DNA of 64,000 nt from assembly GCF_009914755.1 (NCBI RefSeq), contig NC_060933.1. One strand, written 5' to 3'. Within the stretch, counting starts at the first letter, position 1; every line of letters starts with the position of its first letter. The position numbers and the translations under genes are program-made. The notes under the pieces are model-generated. The model was given only the letters and a program-made list of their open reading frames with translations, did no database searches and was not told the origin of the DNA. This document shows positions 47,666-62,938 of this stretch, one piece after another. This DNA comes from the human T2T-CHM13v2.0 reference genome, Homo sapiens.

Positions 47666-48183
47666 AGGGGTTACCCTTTCATAGAGCACCCAGGGACACT
47701 GGGTTTCAAAGAGAGTGAGGGATGAAATAGTGGAATAACCATTTAAGGGGTGAAGCATCTAATTGGCCAGCCTTGAGCTTTTCTCCATTGATTTGGCTGT
47801 TGTCAGGTACTTGGATATTTGGGCCTCATTCCCTCCTTTTTGCATCCACTCGCATTCTTGACACTTAAATTTGCCTGATCTGGTCTCCAGGTAACTGTAC
47901 CCTGTAGAATTCAACTGTGTTAACGATTAAATAGGAGTTTGTGAGCAAGCCTCAGCACAGCTATTTGAAATGACCTGCTGTAACAGATGCTATTGGAAGC
48001 TAAACTATTCAGGATGTGGTCTCTCTCTGCCTCTGTTCACGAAGGCTTAATTTATGTCCTTTCTTAACCTATGTCTTGGAGAAGAAAAGGGATTGCAGTT
48101 AAGAGGCTTATATATGAGAAAAAATAATTTTTAATTTCTTAGTAAATCAAACTATAAGTATAATCATATCTTGGAACTCTCGA

Positions 48184-49024
48184 TGCTTTTTAATAGTAAG
48201 AATTGACATTTCAAAGAAATAATAATTTTAGACTGAATTTCTGGCCTTTTAAAGGTTTTGAGAGAAAGGATTTGATAGTTTTTGTCTCTCTTTTTCTGTC
48301 TCACTGTCTCTGTCTCTCTCTTTTTTTCTCTCTCAATTTCTCACACACACACACATATAGCAGATGTTATAGAAAGTCATATGAGGTTTTTCTAGCTCTG
48401 GGATCATCATTATAAGTAGTAATAATATGGTTTTCAAAACATTTTTGTGTTGGCTCGGTAGCAAATCTTAACTATAAAGATGTTAAACAGTAACCATTAT
48501 ATTACAAATAAAACTTACACCTGTCTCTGTCTAAAATGTTATGGCTTATTATTATTGTTGTTGTTATAAGAAAAGGAAAAAGCAACCCTATGGGTAAAAC
48601 CATTAGCACAAGAAAAATCATGCTGGCAACTCATTATTTGAGGTTGTTATTATGTTAGATGATAGCTTCTAGGTGTAAGGCACATACCTATAATGATCAC
48701 ATTAAGGCAGAATCTCATTAATAATAGATGAGATCTGATTATATCCATTCCTGATGTTACTTTAGTAACCTCTGGCATTCTTGCAACAAAAAACAATAAT
48801 TTGAACCTTTTTGCTTTTTAAAAAAAAAAAAAATCATTCTTGGCACATCTTAGTACCAAGCTGGAGAAAATAGGCTGCTTTTGAATCCAGGAGCAGTCTC
48901 TGACATGAGTCTTCCTGGTGCCTTTTAATAGTAAGAACTGATATTTCAAAGAAATAATAATAATAATTTTAGACTGAATTTCTGGCCTTTTAAAGATTGT
49001 GAGAGAAAGGATTTGATAGTTTTT
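48184..49024. repeat. Pair of ~100-bp direct repeats (48184-48283 and 48919-49024)
   Basis: About 95% identical, plus a 6-bp aataat indel. Confidence 0.93.
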
Positions 49025-49285
49025 CATTGTCATATATAGTGATTTTGTGGGTTTTTTTTTTTTTCTACTAGGACACATCAGCTTCTGTATTCACATCAGA
49101 TCCAAATGCCTTGTATTCCCTGACAGTGCAGGGAAGGGGGTTCAATACAGTCACAGTCTACAAGAATTGAACAGGTAGTCTAGATGAAGCACTTGGTTTG
49201 TTATTTTATGTCATCAGGAACTTTGTTGCTGCTTTTCCTTGCCCAGCTTTTATTTCATCCTTCACCTCTTACATAACCTCTTACA

Positions 49286-49743
49286 TGTCATAGACTGAAT
49301 GAAGCCTGTCCCCCACCACCCCGCAAAATTTCCATACATTACCTTAATATGGGAAAATGGACTTTGCCGATGTTATTAAGGATCTTAAAATGGGTAGATT
49401 ATCCTGGATATCTGGGTGTGTCAGATGTAATTACAAGGGCCCTTATATGGTAAGAATATGATGTGATAACAGAAGCAGAGGATGGAGCGATGTGCTTAGA
49501 AGATGGAGGAAACAGCCAGAAGCCAAGACTAAGGTCAGCCACTAGAGGCTGGAAAAGGCTTCGAAACAGTTTCCCCCCTCAAGGCCTCCAGAAGAAACAG
49601 ACCTACCTACATCTTGATTTTAGCTCTATAAGATTCATTTCAAAATTCTGACTTCCAGAATCAAAAGAGAATAAATCTGTGTTGTTTTAAGCACTAAATC
49701 TGTGATAAGGAAATTGTTACAATGACAATTGAGAATTAATATA
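49286..49743 (+). mobile_element. MLT1D-like MaLR solo LTR
   Basis: ggactttgccgatgttattaaggatctt...gattatcctggat...gagaataaatctgtgttgttttaagc. Confidence 0.82.
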
Positions 49744-50608
49744 CCCCATATCTTCTTTCCTTTCAAAAGAGGAAGAGAAAGGGGTAGATTGCATGGGGCA
49801 GAGGAAAAAAAAAACATTCAATAGTTATTTTAATCTACATAGCTTGAACAAAGAAATGATGTGCTTTTGTACATCATAATTTTCCTATTGAAGATAATGC
49901 TTGCATATTATAGAAAGTTGAAAAGTGCAGAACAGAAAAAGAGGAAAAATAAACATCTATTGCTGACATTCTATCATTTTTCCTTCCAGTCTCTTTTCTA
50001 TGTGTATTTTTATATACCTGAGCATTAGCTACCAGTAAGTTCGAAATAATCATGGGAAAGAAGTATTTGTTGCTTATTTTGTAAATAAGGAATTTGAAGA
50101 TCAGAGAAGTTAAGGAATTTTGCCCAGTCATACCACTCACGAACAGAGTCTGGATTCCAACCTGGGACTCTCTTAACAACAAATCCCATTTTACCACCCG
50201 ACACTATGAAGTTAGTGGGTGGGAATAAAACTGTCAGGGACAAAGATCCAGCAATTCTGATGGAGGCTTTAAGATTCTACTCCTGCTAGAGGTAACCCCA
50301 AGAAACTAGAAGGTTTGGAATGAGGTGCTAATGAGAAAGAGACATCTTTCTTTTTCCTAAGTTGACTCCTCTACTAACAGGTCAATGAGGCCAGGAAAAC
50401 ATGAAATGCGTAAATTAAAATCCCTTTTCCTACCATCAGCCAAACTATTCCATTGCTACAGCTAAACAGAGGTGGGATTTTTTTATACCTTCATGGAATC
50501 TTCCAGATAAAGGCTTTCATATCAGTTTTATTCGTTGTGTTACCAATAGGACACTACTCTATTTAATTCTGTTTAAATGCATTTGCTTTGTCTTTTCAAA
50601 GAAAACTT

Positions 50609-50719
50609 AGGAAGGAGGGAGGGAGCAGGGGATGGAGGAGGGAGAGTGAGTGGGGGAGGGAGGGAGGGATGGAGGGAAAGAAGGAAGGAAAGAAGGAAAG
50701 AAGGAAGGAAGGAAAGAAA
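50609..50719 (+). repeat. Purine-rich (GGGA)n/(GGAA)n low-complexity tract
   Basis: Directly visible. Confidence 0.9.
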
Positions 50720-51599
50720 CAAGGATAAGTTTGTCAAGCCCTATGCAATGGAAAAGGTTGATTAACACGCTCTCACGATTTTGCATATTGGTTTCATCTA
50801 TAGGCTCCTTTTTTATTATTATTCATTAAACATTTCTATTTGTGTCAAGCAATTGGGAATTGCTTGCATTTAACAGTTTAATGCCTCATGCAGTCAGTGA
50901 TGTAGAGAAATTAATGTAAATGAAAATAAATTGGGTATTATGCCCAGTAGGAAAGCACCCTAGCCTGTATCCCTTACCTAATTCACTGCCTAAGCCAGAG
51001 TGCAGAACTTCTAATGTAGTGTAATTTCCTCTTCACAAGGTGCAAAATACAGCCTCCATTAATGGTCACTTTGAGGGATGTTTAATACAAGGAAAGAGCA
51101 TCCGCATCTGTGCATCTGTGAGGTACTTGCGAAGCTGGTGTCCTCTCTATAGGTTCTGGCTGGGACGTTCATCCTGAAGGCAATTTGGAGAGAGAGACAA
51201 TAGGCAATAAAGCTAAATCATTCAAGAGACATCAAAGGGCTCTCCTCTGTGCCTGGGGGGCAGAGCTGGGCTGTAGCCAAGGCTGTTCTATCTACTCAGA
51301 GTATAGGTCTCCCTCCTTCAAGGTCATTCTCCCCAGTAAAGCAGGAAAGGGAGATGGAGTTGCAATTGAGATGAGATCCCTGACCCCGTTTACAGAGAAA
51401 GTCTATAGCCACTGTGCTGCTCACATTCTCGCTTTATGCCACATACCTATTCCTCATATTTCCAGAGCCAGGGTTCTAGCTGTTTCAGGGTAATCTGATT
51501 ACCCAGTTAGAGTACATGAGAGGATTTGCTCTTGCTTATGTTAGGACCCATAACCAGTGATTACAATGATGATAATGATGACAATGTGATGAAAATGAT

Positions 51600-51830
51600 A
51601 GAAGTTAGCCTTAACTGAACACCTGCCACGCACCAAGCACTACTTAAAAATTTCATTCTCAAACGAGCCCTAAGAAGTAGACACTATTATTATCCTTATT
51701 CTCTACATGAGGAAACTGAAACACCAAAAGGATAAATGACTTACCTGAGGCAGCAGCAGCTAATAAGTGGAGAAGCCAGAATTTCAACCTGGGCTGTTGG
51801 CCTCCAGAGTGTTGGGCCAGTAGCTCATTG
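51600..51830 (-). mobile_element. MIR SINE
   Basis: tattatccttattctctacatgaggaaactga. Confidence 0.78.
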
Positions 51831-52252
51831 ACCTCACACATTTATTTTTGCTAATTCCCACAGCAACTCCTAGGAGAGATAACCTTTATATTTCACAGAG
51901 GAGGAAACCTGGCCTTGCCCGAGATCATTCAGCTTCTCACATTTGTATATAATTCTATAAGGCACTGGTTTGCAGACTTTTTTCTTCTGCTGAAGTCTTC
52001 CTGAAAGTGAAAGCTTATTGGAAGCCTGAAGCCAAACAAAACTTCTCCAACTGAAGTCAGAAGAGGGGATATCCTGTCACTCTTCACATCCCCACTTGTG
52101 TCAGGGGAACAACATCTTCTTTGTTCCTTCCAGAGCACTTACCTTAATTTCCAATTGTTTTATACCATTGTTTGATATATATTAATTGCCTATCTACATA
52201 ACTTGCCTGCTAGTTCTATGAGGGCAGTATCTAAGGCTATCTTATTCACCAT

Positions 52253-52673
52253 GGATCTGTGTCCCCACCCAAATCTCATGTTCAATAGTAATCCCCAGTG
52301 TTTGGAGGTGGGTCCTGCTGGGAGGTGACTGGATCATGGAGGTGGATCCTTCACGAATGGTTAAGCACCATCCATTGAGTTCTTTTCTCATGATAGTGAG
52401 TCGGTGAGATATCATGAGATCTGGTTGTTTGAAAGTGATGGCACCTCCTTCCTCTCTCTTTTCCTTCTGCTCCAGCCATGTAAGACGAGCCCGCTTCCCC
52501 TTTGCCTTCCACCATGATTTTAAGTTTCCTGAGACCTCCCCAGAAGCCAAGCAGATGCCAGAATCATGCTTTCTGTACAGCCTGCGGAACTGTGAGCCAA
52601 TTAAATTTCTTCTATTTATAAATTACCTAGACTCAGGTATTTCTTTGTAGCAATGCAAGAATGGACTAATACA
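52253..52673 (+). mobile_element. MSTA MaLR solo LTR (first ~11 nt missing) inserted in L2
   Basis: ggatctgtgtccccacccaaatctcatg...gaatggactaataca. TSD accat. L2 3' end resumes after the LTR. Confidence 0.9.
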
Positions 52674-53527
52674 ACCATTGTGTGTCTAGTACCTAGAAAC
52701 CACCAGGCATATAATAAGTGTTCAATAAATATTTACTAAAATATACAAGTGAAGTCATATTTTTTCTCATCAATCCCACATGGAGCAAATCAAGACAAAA
52801 TAGAACTACCAAAAGCCAGTCAGCAGCGGGAAATATTAAATGAGGTTTTCCATTGATCAATGCTGTATCCCATTTCTATTAAATACATATCACTTTGCAA
52901 GGCACTGTGTTTAAACTGTTATTGCTGTTGCCACTGTGGGAAAACAATGGTGAATGTCAGTCCACAGGTATGATCTTAGATCCACTCAGCCCAGAGGTGC
53001 CAGTAAGATCAGATGAGAGGATATACCCAATGAGCATCTTTCAGGAAGGCAACAACTACACTCATGCATAGAGGGATTGCTTTCATGATTTGCAAAGTCT
53101 ACCCAGACCAAACCTGGTAGATTTTCAAGAAAAACTGAAGTAGAATTTCCTGAAACATTTCAGTAAATTCAGTGTTTCAAAGGTTACTATCATCTAGGTC
53201 TCCTTTAAAAATTAAATAAACCCTTAAAGTAAATGGCAATTAATTTAGCTAGGTCAAATAAATATAAAAAACGGTCATGAATAAAATTAAAATAGATTTA
53301 GAAAAATATATCTTTTAAGTATGACAGGCAATATTCAAAGGTCAACCCAAATTAATAAGATAAATTTGCAGACTTAGTAGACAAGTATGCAATGGGATAA
53401 AAAGACAATTCACTAAAGAAGAAATATCAATGGTTAATAAAATGTTAAGCTGTTCAGCTTTACTGGAAAGCAAAAGAAATGTGATTTAAAACCACAATGT
53501 AACGTCATTTAAAAAAAAAACAAGTTT

Positions 53528-53593
53528 ATCACGCCACTGCACTCCAGCCATGGTGACAGAGCAAGACTCTGTCTCAAAAAAGAAAAGAAAAAA
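53528..53593 (+). mobile_element. Severely 5'-truncated Alu (3' ~50 nt plus tail)
   Basis: atcacgccactgcactccagcc...gactctgtctcaaaaa, flanked by aagttt on both sides. Confidence 0.82.
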
Positions 53594-53594
53594 G

Positions 53595-53864
53595 TTTGTT
53601 GCCACATAATTCATATACAGTAAAATTCAGTCTTCAAGTTTATAGTTCAGTGAGTTCTGACAAATATGTACAGTCATGAATCCACCATCAAAATCAAGAT
53701 ATAGGACATTTCCATAACCCACAAAAAGTTTCCTTGGACCTCTTTGCTGTCAATTTCTTCCCTCGTGCCTAGACCCTCATCCAGTTTTTTCCCCTACAGT
53801 TTTCCCTTTTTCAGAATGTCACAGAAGTAGAATAATACAGTATGTAGCCTTTTGAGTCTGGCTC
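53595..53864 (-). mobile_element. Old L1M 3' fragment nested in a plus-strand L1ME remnant (~53300-54440)
   Basis: cataattcatatacagtaaaattca...aatacagtatgtagccttttgagtctggct. Confidence 0.7.
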
Positions 53865-54469
53865 AAGTCTTTTTCAGTGGATCAAATTAGTAGAGATGTA
53901 AAAGGTAATACTAGTGTTGGTGAGTGTGCTCAGCTACTGTGTGTGTAAACTGATTTAACCTCTCTTAGGTGCAAACTGACAACATGTATCAAGTCTAAAA
54001 ATGTTGATACCCAGTGACCACTAGCCCATTTTTAGGAATTCCTATACCAATAGTTATTATCAAAGATGTGCACAAAGACTTTATATGGCCCAAAATGTTC
54101 ATTACAGTGTTACTTATGTGAAAAATTATAATCTTCCTAAATATTCAACATAGAGGGAAAGAATAAGTAAATTTACCTAATGAATATATTTACGTATATA
54201 CCAAATTAGAACTAAAGTTGACACAAAGTTTCTGATGGTATGGGAAAATATTCCTAATATTGAAGTTGCACAAAAGCAAAATAAAAGCTGCATATATATT
54301 ATGATCTCAGAGTAAAAATGCACACAGAAAAGATTGAAAGGAAAATTATTATCTCAGGGTGATAGATGACTATGAAAAGTATATATTCTGTATTATCCTA
54401 ATTTTCTCTAATGGACTTCTATTATGTTTATGATTAGAAAAATACTTTATAAGATATATAAAGGTCTAC

Positions 54470-54745
54470 TTTTTTTTTTTCTTAGAAACTAGGTCTTGCT
54501 CTGTCACCCAGGCTGCAGTATGTCATCATAGCTCACTGCAACTTCCAACTCCTGGGCTCAAGTGATCCTCCTGCATCAGCCTCCCGAGTAGCTAGGACTA
54601 CAGGTGCCTTCCACCACGCCTGGAATTTTTTAAATTTTTTGTAGAGATGGAGTCTTGCTATGTTGCCAAGGCTGAACTCAAGCAATCCTCTAGGCTTGGT
54701 CTTCCAAAGTTCTGGGATTTCAGGTGTGAGCCACCTCACCCAGCC
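54470..54745 (-). mobile_element. AluJ with internal deletions
   Basis: Reverse Alu. Degenerate TSD taaaggtctact / taaagctctgct. Confidence 0.87.
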
Positions 54746-57358
54746 TAAAGCTCTGCTGTCTATCTAATCTGAATCACTTTTGCTCTACTCTAAACTCTTA
54801 GGAAGATTCAGACAAACTGGTCAATCAATTGCACCTTTCACCGAGATATATCAAGCAGCTATTAGACCTTAGGCACTGTGTCAGTGCTGGGACTACACAG
54901 ATGAATAGGCCTCTGTTCTTACCTCAAAGAGACATTAGGTCAATATATAAACACACAATATTAATTACTTCTAATAATTTATTTTGCATTTTGCTCTATG
55001 CTGGATACTAATTATTTATTCATACTTTTACCTTATTTCCTTATCTGTAAAATGGAGACAATGCTAGGCTGGTTATAAGAGAGTTTACCCTTAAAGCACC
55101 TAACACAATTCCTGACTTATAGTAAAGCAATAGATATTTGTTTTACCGTGAAAAGTGTTATTAACAGGCAAGAAATTAATAAACTAAGTAGTAAATATTA
55201 AGGGTACAGAGGAGGGACAGTTCTACACAGGAATGAGAGGTCAAAAACACTTGACGTTTCCTAAAAGGTGATTAGGCTTTTGCAGATGGCCAAGTAAGGG
55301 AAGGGCATTCTAGGAAGAAGGGCCACTGTGAACCTTCATCTCTTTGAAAATGACTTTCTAGCACTTCTATAAGGAGGCCATTCCCTGTGTGACATAGTCT
55401 CAGCAGTCTCTTAAAAGCAATGCTGCACCCTTGCATCAATTGCTTTGAGTGTAAACCTTTGACAAATGTCCAGGTTCATTTCATAACTTGACTCCACAGG
55501 AAAGAGAGACAATCCCATCCGATGCATTGGAGACTGCGCTTTTGCTGGCTTTTAACTTCACACAGAGTAGGACCTTCAGAAAGCACACGGGCTTCTAGGT
55601 AAATGGAATCTTCACACAAGCCTTTTGAAGCAGCAAAGCAGCAATATTGTTTTTGCCAACAAAGAGAAGTTTGCTCATTATCTTTTCTTCTTTACTGTCT
55701 TTCCTCATCCTTTGCACTGTCTACCAGAAGCTCTTCTAGTGCACAAACAACATATAAATTTTAGCCATCTCAGTCATCTTCTGGAAGAGGAAAATAAAAG
55801 ATGGACTTTTTTTTATAAAATGGTTTTTTGTTTTTCTTCAGAAATGTTAGTCATTAGCCAAATGGTATGACTAGTTATATACCCAGCTTCAGCAGCAGCC
55901 ACAGAACACACAAGTTCACTAAAGGCTGACAACTTATATTCAGGTTAGGAATCAACCATACCAAAGAGAGAGCTGGAAGAGAAATTCCACGTCAAAGGAA
56001 GGAGAGGTACAATGCACATCATCATCATTCAGTTACGAATTAGGTCTGCATAACTGCTTTTAGTGGGAGGTGGAACTGTTCTTTCCCCTTCGGTATACAA
56101 TATTCCTTATACATAACCTTCAGGGTTTATGAACTTTCCATTAAGAACCCCGGTTAGTCAGCAGTAATTTCCGAACACCACCGCTTCTGCTAACACTTTG
56201 GCCCCAACGTAAGGAAACACTGCTCTTTAATTTAGAATCTCACTCTTACTCATCTTCACATTTTTTCGTGAATACAGCTCACAAAAGGTTTATTTATGAG
56301 TACAAAAAGTCACAATGGATTGATAAACCGACAACATCCTAAAAGTGGCCAAGCTCAGCAGAAGCTCTGACATTTCATCTACAATCATCTTCTCCTCCTA
56401 ATAAGAGCAGAGGAGGTGGAAAATGCTGAGAAACACTAGCTCACAAGATGTGGAATATGTTCTTAGAGGTACTAAGCAGATAAAGGCAGCCCATCTATTT
56501 TGGATTGCTTTGATGCTTTCCTGTTTCAAGTGTGGGGTTGGCTTTGAGAGTTCTCTCACTGCTATGATTTTGCCGATAGTAAATTGAGTTACACTGAGGA
56601 AGTTTTCCTAAGTGACCAATTAGACAACATGTCACTTTAATGTGATGGGATTATTCAATACTAGAAACAGTTGTCTATGGAGAGCAAGCAGTCTATAAGG
56701 TTAAAAAAAAAGTAGCTTCCACTCATGAACCTTCTTCCTCTAATACCTAGGATCCACTGGACCTTCCAGATAAATAAGTCTCATTTCATTTCAACTCAGC
56801 CAACCTACCCTGGCCCTGAGCAGAACCCATAAATTCACCTATAATTTATTAAAGATTTTCAGGGCACTCCATTCAACTGGTTCACACAGACAGCATGCTT
56901 TGTTAATAAATGGTCCCATCACTGAACATGAGAAAATATAAGTCAGGGCCACGATAGGTTTAGAATGACTGCATTTAAATGTTTATGGGCTGGAATCCCA
57001 AGTACATCTTGATGCTGACAGGGCAAATAGTTCTGCATTTAGCCACAATTGATGGAATGCATGTCCATGAACATTTCCCAAGGGATAGCTGAACAAAATT
57101 TCATCTATGACTTTCCCTGCAATTAAGGAGCCTGAAAATTCTAGGGTGAAATTAAAAACAATAAACACTCAGGTTTTCGGTATAATTGCAATCTTTTGTT
57201 TGCTTTTGCTTTTTTAAAAAAATATTGAGTCCTTTTAGAAAGAAATGCTTCATAAGTACACCATGTGGGAACAACCCTACTGTTAATGTGTTGTTCCTAT
57301 TCTGTGTATAACATATTTTTACTCAGGGCCTGCAGAGGAAAGAGGAATGATACACAGA

Positions 57359-57706
<348 letters not shown>

Positions 57707-58518
57707 TAAAGGGAAGTAGGAACAGGGAAACACTGAGTACACACAACTATACCACAAGAGAGGTCTCACCAAAGGCCTCTGGATAAGTCGAAAGAATGGC
57801 TACGCAAGATCAGGAAAAGTTTGAGCCTTCACTGCACTTGGGATCTTTCAACCTTCTGCAGGTTGCCAATGACAGAACAAGAGGGGCCCCTCAGATTCAG
57901 AGTCAATGCACTATATGCTAGGCATCATGCTAGATGATATCACTTCTGCTATGACCACATACAAAGAACTCATACCCTCGAAGGAAGAACTCAGCTGCCT
58001 TTTGCTAGCCAGAAAAAGTGGCAGCACCTAAGGAGGAGGCTCCCATGATTGTGAGGCCAAGTGTCAGAGACAAGGTAGCACTGGCTACTATTTGAGAGCA
58101 CTCACTGATGTACAGAAGACTTTCCAGTGATTCTAGAAACTCAAGGGGAAGAAAAGGAAATGCAAGTTTTAGGAAAGCCTTCAAGGCAGACCAGTATGCT
58201 CACCAAGGTCTTCTCCCAGAATGCCTCCACAGGATGATATTCATTGCCTTGAGAGTAGATCATGGTTCCCAAAAGGACAAACTCAGAAATTGGATTTTTG
58301 TCAGGATCTTGAGAATGAATCCATATCTCACATTATACAAGCTAAACAAACTAATATGTAAAATCAGAATACCAATACTTTTTTCACAATGAGAAATTAG
58401 TATCAAAGGGGCCAGAATATATAAAGTCCAATAGAAAACAAGGATTAAATAGATTTTCTGTATTCTGGCCCCTTTGAAAGCCATTGTTTTCTGACTCTAT
58501 AGACAACTCTTCATGGAG

Positions 58519-59010
58519 AGTCAGTTAAAATGTACTTAAAAGCAAGTAATAGAAAACCCAGCTCAAATTTGTTTAGACAATAAAGAGAATTTAATTACTT
58601 TATAACTGAAAAGGTATGTGGTAGAAAGTGCTTCAGGCAAGACTTGATCCAGCAGCTTAAAACTATCACCAAGGGTTAAATTTCTTTCCACAGATTAGCT
58701 TTATTTCTTATCGTATTGGCATCTTCCTAAACTACTTCTTTCCATGGCTGCAAAATAGTTATCAGCAGCAATAAGATAATATGCATTTTATTTATTTAAC
58801 TTCAGTAAAAGAAGGAAGGCTTCTTTCTGCCCAACCAACAAATAAAGACCTAAATCTCACTTCGATCGGACTTCTGTAGTAAAATACCTGTCCACGAACT
58901 AAACCCTATAGCCAGAGGACTGGTTTAGGCCTGGGTCAATGTCTATCTCTGAATCAATCACTGTGATAAAGAGTATGGGTTTATGAAAATTGGCTTATGG
59001 AGGATCTCCA
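58519..59010 (-). mobile_element. Old MLT1 (K/L-like) MaLR LTR, apparently interrupted by Hsmar2
   Basis: gcaagtaatagaaaaccca.ctcaaa...taactgaaaag...gcttcaggca...ttgatccagcagct; a likely continuation (agaatggatgct) follows 60553. Confidence 0.6.
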
Positions 59011-59027
59011 GAGTTAAGGGATGGCAA

Positions 59028-60369
<1,342 letters not shown>

Positions 60370-60804
60370 GTTGCTCTGATAGTGGCTCTTTTCAAGCTGA
60401 TATCTTATCCTTAGGGCCTCAAACTAAACCCTTTTCAGACATACTATAACAAGTTAGTATGAGTTTATTTTGGTACAAAAAAAGAAACTGAAATCATCAC
60501 ACAGTTTCTTCATAATACACATTTTCCATGAATTTTTTTGAAGACCCCTTGTAGATAAAGACAGAATGGATGCTTGGGAGGAAAGTAATTCTACCTACTG
60601 TAGGAAGTCATACCATAATCAGCAGGTTGCTTTGTGAACATGAAAGCAGAATAAAGGGAGCCAGACATGCAAATGTTTAATGGCATCAACATTAATAGCA
60701 GGATTCTACCAACTCTCAACATGGGTATCCTTGCCAAGGGTACTAGGAAGTTCACCGGCTAACTTCTAATTCTATCCATGTACCTTACGAACAAATAGAA
60801 CAAG

Positions 60805-61085
60805 AAGAAAAATGCTGTATGACTCCACTTACATGAGGTATCTCGGGAAGTGAAATTCATAGAGACAGAAAATATAATGATGATTGCCAGGGTCTGTAGA
60901 CAAGGGGGCATGGGGAGTTATTGTTTAATGGGTACAGAGTTTCAGTTTAGCAAGATGAAAAACATTCTGAATGTGAAGAATGGTAATGGTTGCACAACAA
61001 TGTGAATGTTCTTAAGAATTGTCCCCTTAAAAATAGCAAAGATGATATATTTTATGTTATGTGTATTTTACCACATTTTTTAAAA
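60805..61085 (+). mobile_element. L1MB-type 3' fragment
   Basis: tgtatgactccacttacatgaggta...ttgtttaatgggtacagagtttcagttt. Confidence 0.83.
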
Positions 61086-62938
61086 TGAATGGATGGATGG
61101 CTTATGGGTGTCTTACAGGCCTTGGAGTTAAATTTAGGTATCACTGCTCTAAAGTGTTAAGTGCTTGTTTTTAAGTTAAATTATGAAAGAGCAAGTATTG
61201 TTTTTCTGTTGTAAAAGAGATAGGGTCAAACACCCTAATGACACACAAAGAAGACATATGTCCACATTTGGGCTCGAGGAACAGAATGGAGGTGCCCCCC
61301 TAGTCTCTCACAATGCCCTGCTTTAAGGTGAGGATCTCTTCTTTAAGCTGGCACTGCTGGAGACCATTTAAATTGTGCTGCTGGTGAGAGACCTCCAATG
61401 CCCTGACTCCTCATATACTTGTAACTAGGAGTTGACAGAGATCATCTGACCCAGTTGGTCTGAAACAAGGCACAGCCTTGCCAGTGCAAAAAATTATTCT
61501 ACTCTCAGTGCCAGTCTTCTGAGAAGCTTGCATATCAGCATTAGTGCCAACCAGTAGAACTCTTGCCTCTCTCTGCAGGGCCAGCTCATTACTGGACTAT
61601 TTGAGGGAAAGTTGCTGGAGGCATCCAGTAGAGAAATTGGCTTGTCTCTCCTCATGATCTTACATTTAAGGGCTTAGAGGAAACTTCACTATAGTCCCCA
61701 AGTACTGACTGAAAATATTGATCATATTTCAGAAAAAAAAACTAATAGGACAGAGAAAAATACATCATTGGCAGCTGAAGTAGCACTTCCAGGGGCCCGG
61801 AAAAAACAGCTGGTGGTGTTAGAGCAAGTAAAGGATACAGGCAGTGTACCAAGTGTGAGTGCCTGATAAGGTCTATGAGCCATGCAAAACTGCAGCCGGG
61901 CTTTAGTTATCTTAGCAGAATAACAGCGCTCTGTAGAGCTCTTTATTATGTTGACTTTGATTTCTTTATGCCATGTGATTCCTGCATATCTGACAACTGA
62001 ACTCTAAAACTCCATGCAGATACTCAGCTGCCGTGCCTCAACAGCAGTCATAGATACTCCCTTCCAGGAATATTTCTAACGCTTACAACTAAAGGATAAA
62101 TATTTCACTTCTTAATAATTCTTACAGAATTAAATGCCATCATCTGTCCTCAGATTAGCATTTTCTAAAGGAAAGAGCAAGTCCTCAGAGGGAAGCAAGA
62201 TATCAGCCAGTAATGAATTAGTGTTTTAAGATTTGTACTGAATGCAAAGCTTAACATACCTGTTCTCAGTGTGGTTATATATAAGTATTTGTGAATGGTA
62301 GCATCAATGTTTTGAGTTTATCAAGTGTAGGACATTGTGGTAAACTATATGCAGCCTCTAACCCTTAAAACACTGTGAGATCAGGAGCAGTATTCCTAGT
62401 TTGCAGATGAAGAAATCGAAGCTCAAAGTGTTTAGTAATTTGCTCAGGTGTTACATAGTTAAGAAATAGTAGAGCTGTGGTAAAAACTCAGATGTCTGAT
62501 CCAAGAAAACTTTAATTACTAATCCTTATGGTTAAACACATCTATATCTTTGGGGGGCCAATGAAGCCTTGGTGGGTTTTCCATGCTTTGAATACTTCCC
62601 TCAAGAGGCATCTAGATAAACCTAGATGTCAGAAAAATATAAATTTTACCCTGTTGGGAAAAATAGATGCCAAAATTTGCATAGAAGTTTCATAATATGC
62701 ATTGTGACTGGTGGTAACCTAACCTATCAGGAGAGGAAGTGGAAATTGTATTCCTAAATAATAAATGAGTTCCCCTGTCTCCAACTTTGGCTTTTTAAGC
62801 CTCTTTCAAAAGACCATTGCTTGCACAGTATAAAGGTTAACCCCACCTAGGTTCAAATTCTAATTCTACCTTGATCAAGTTACTTAACATCGGGCTTAAT
62901 TTTCTCATCTATAAAATGGGCATTATAATCATATAAAA

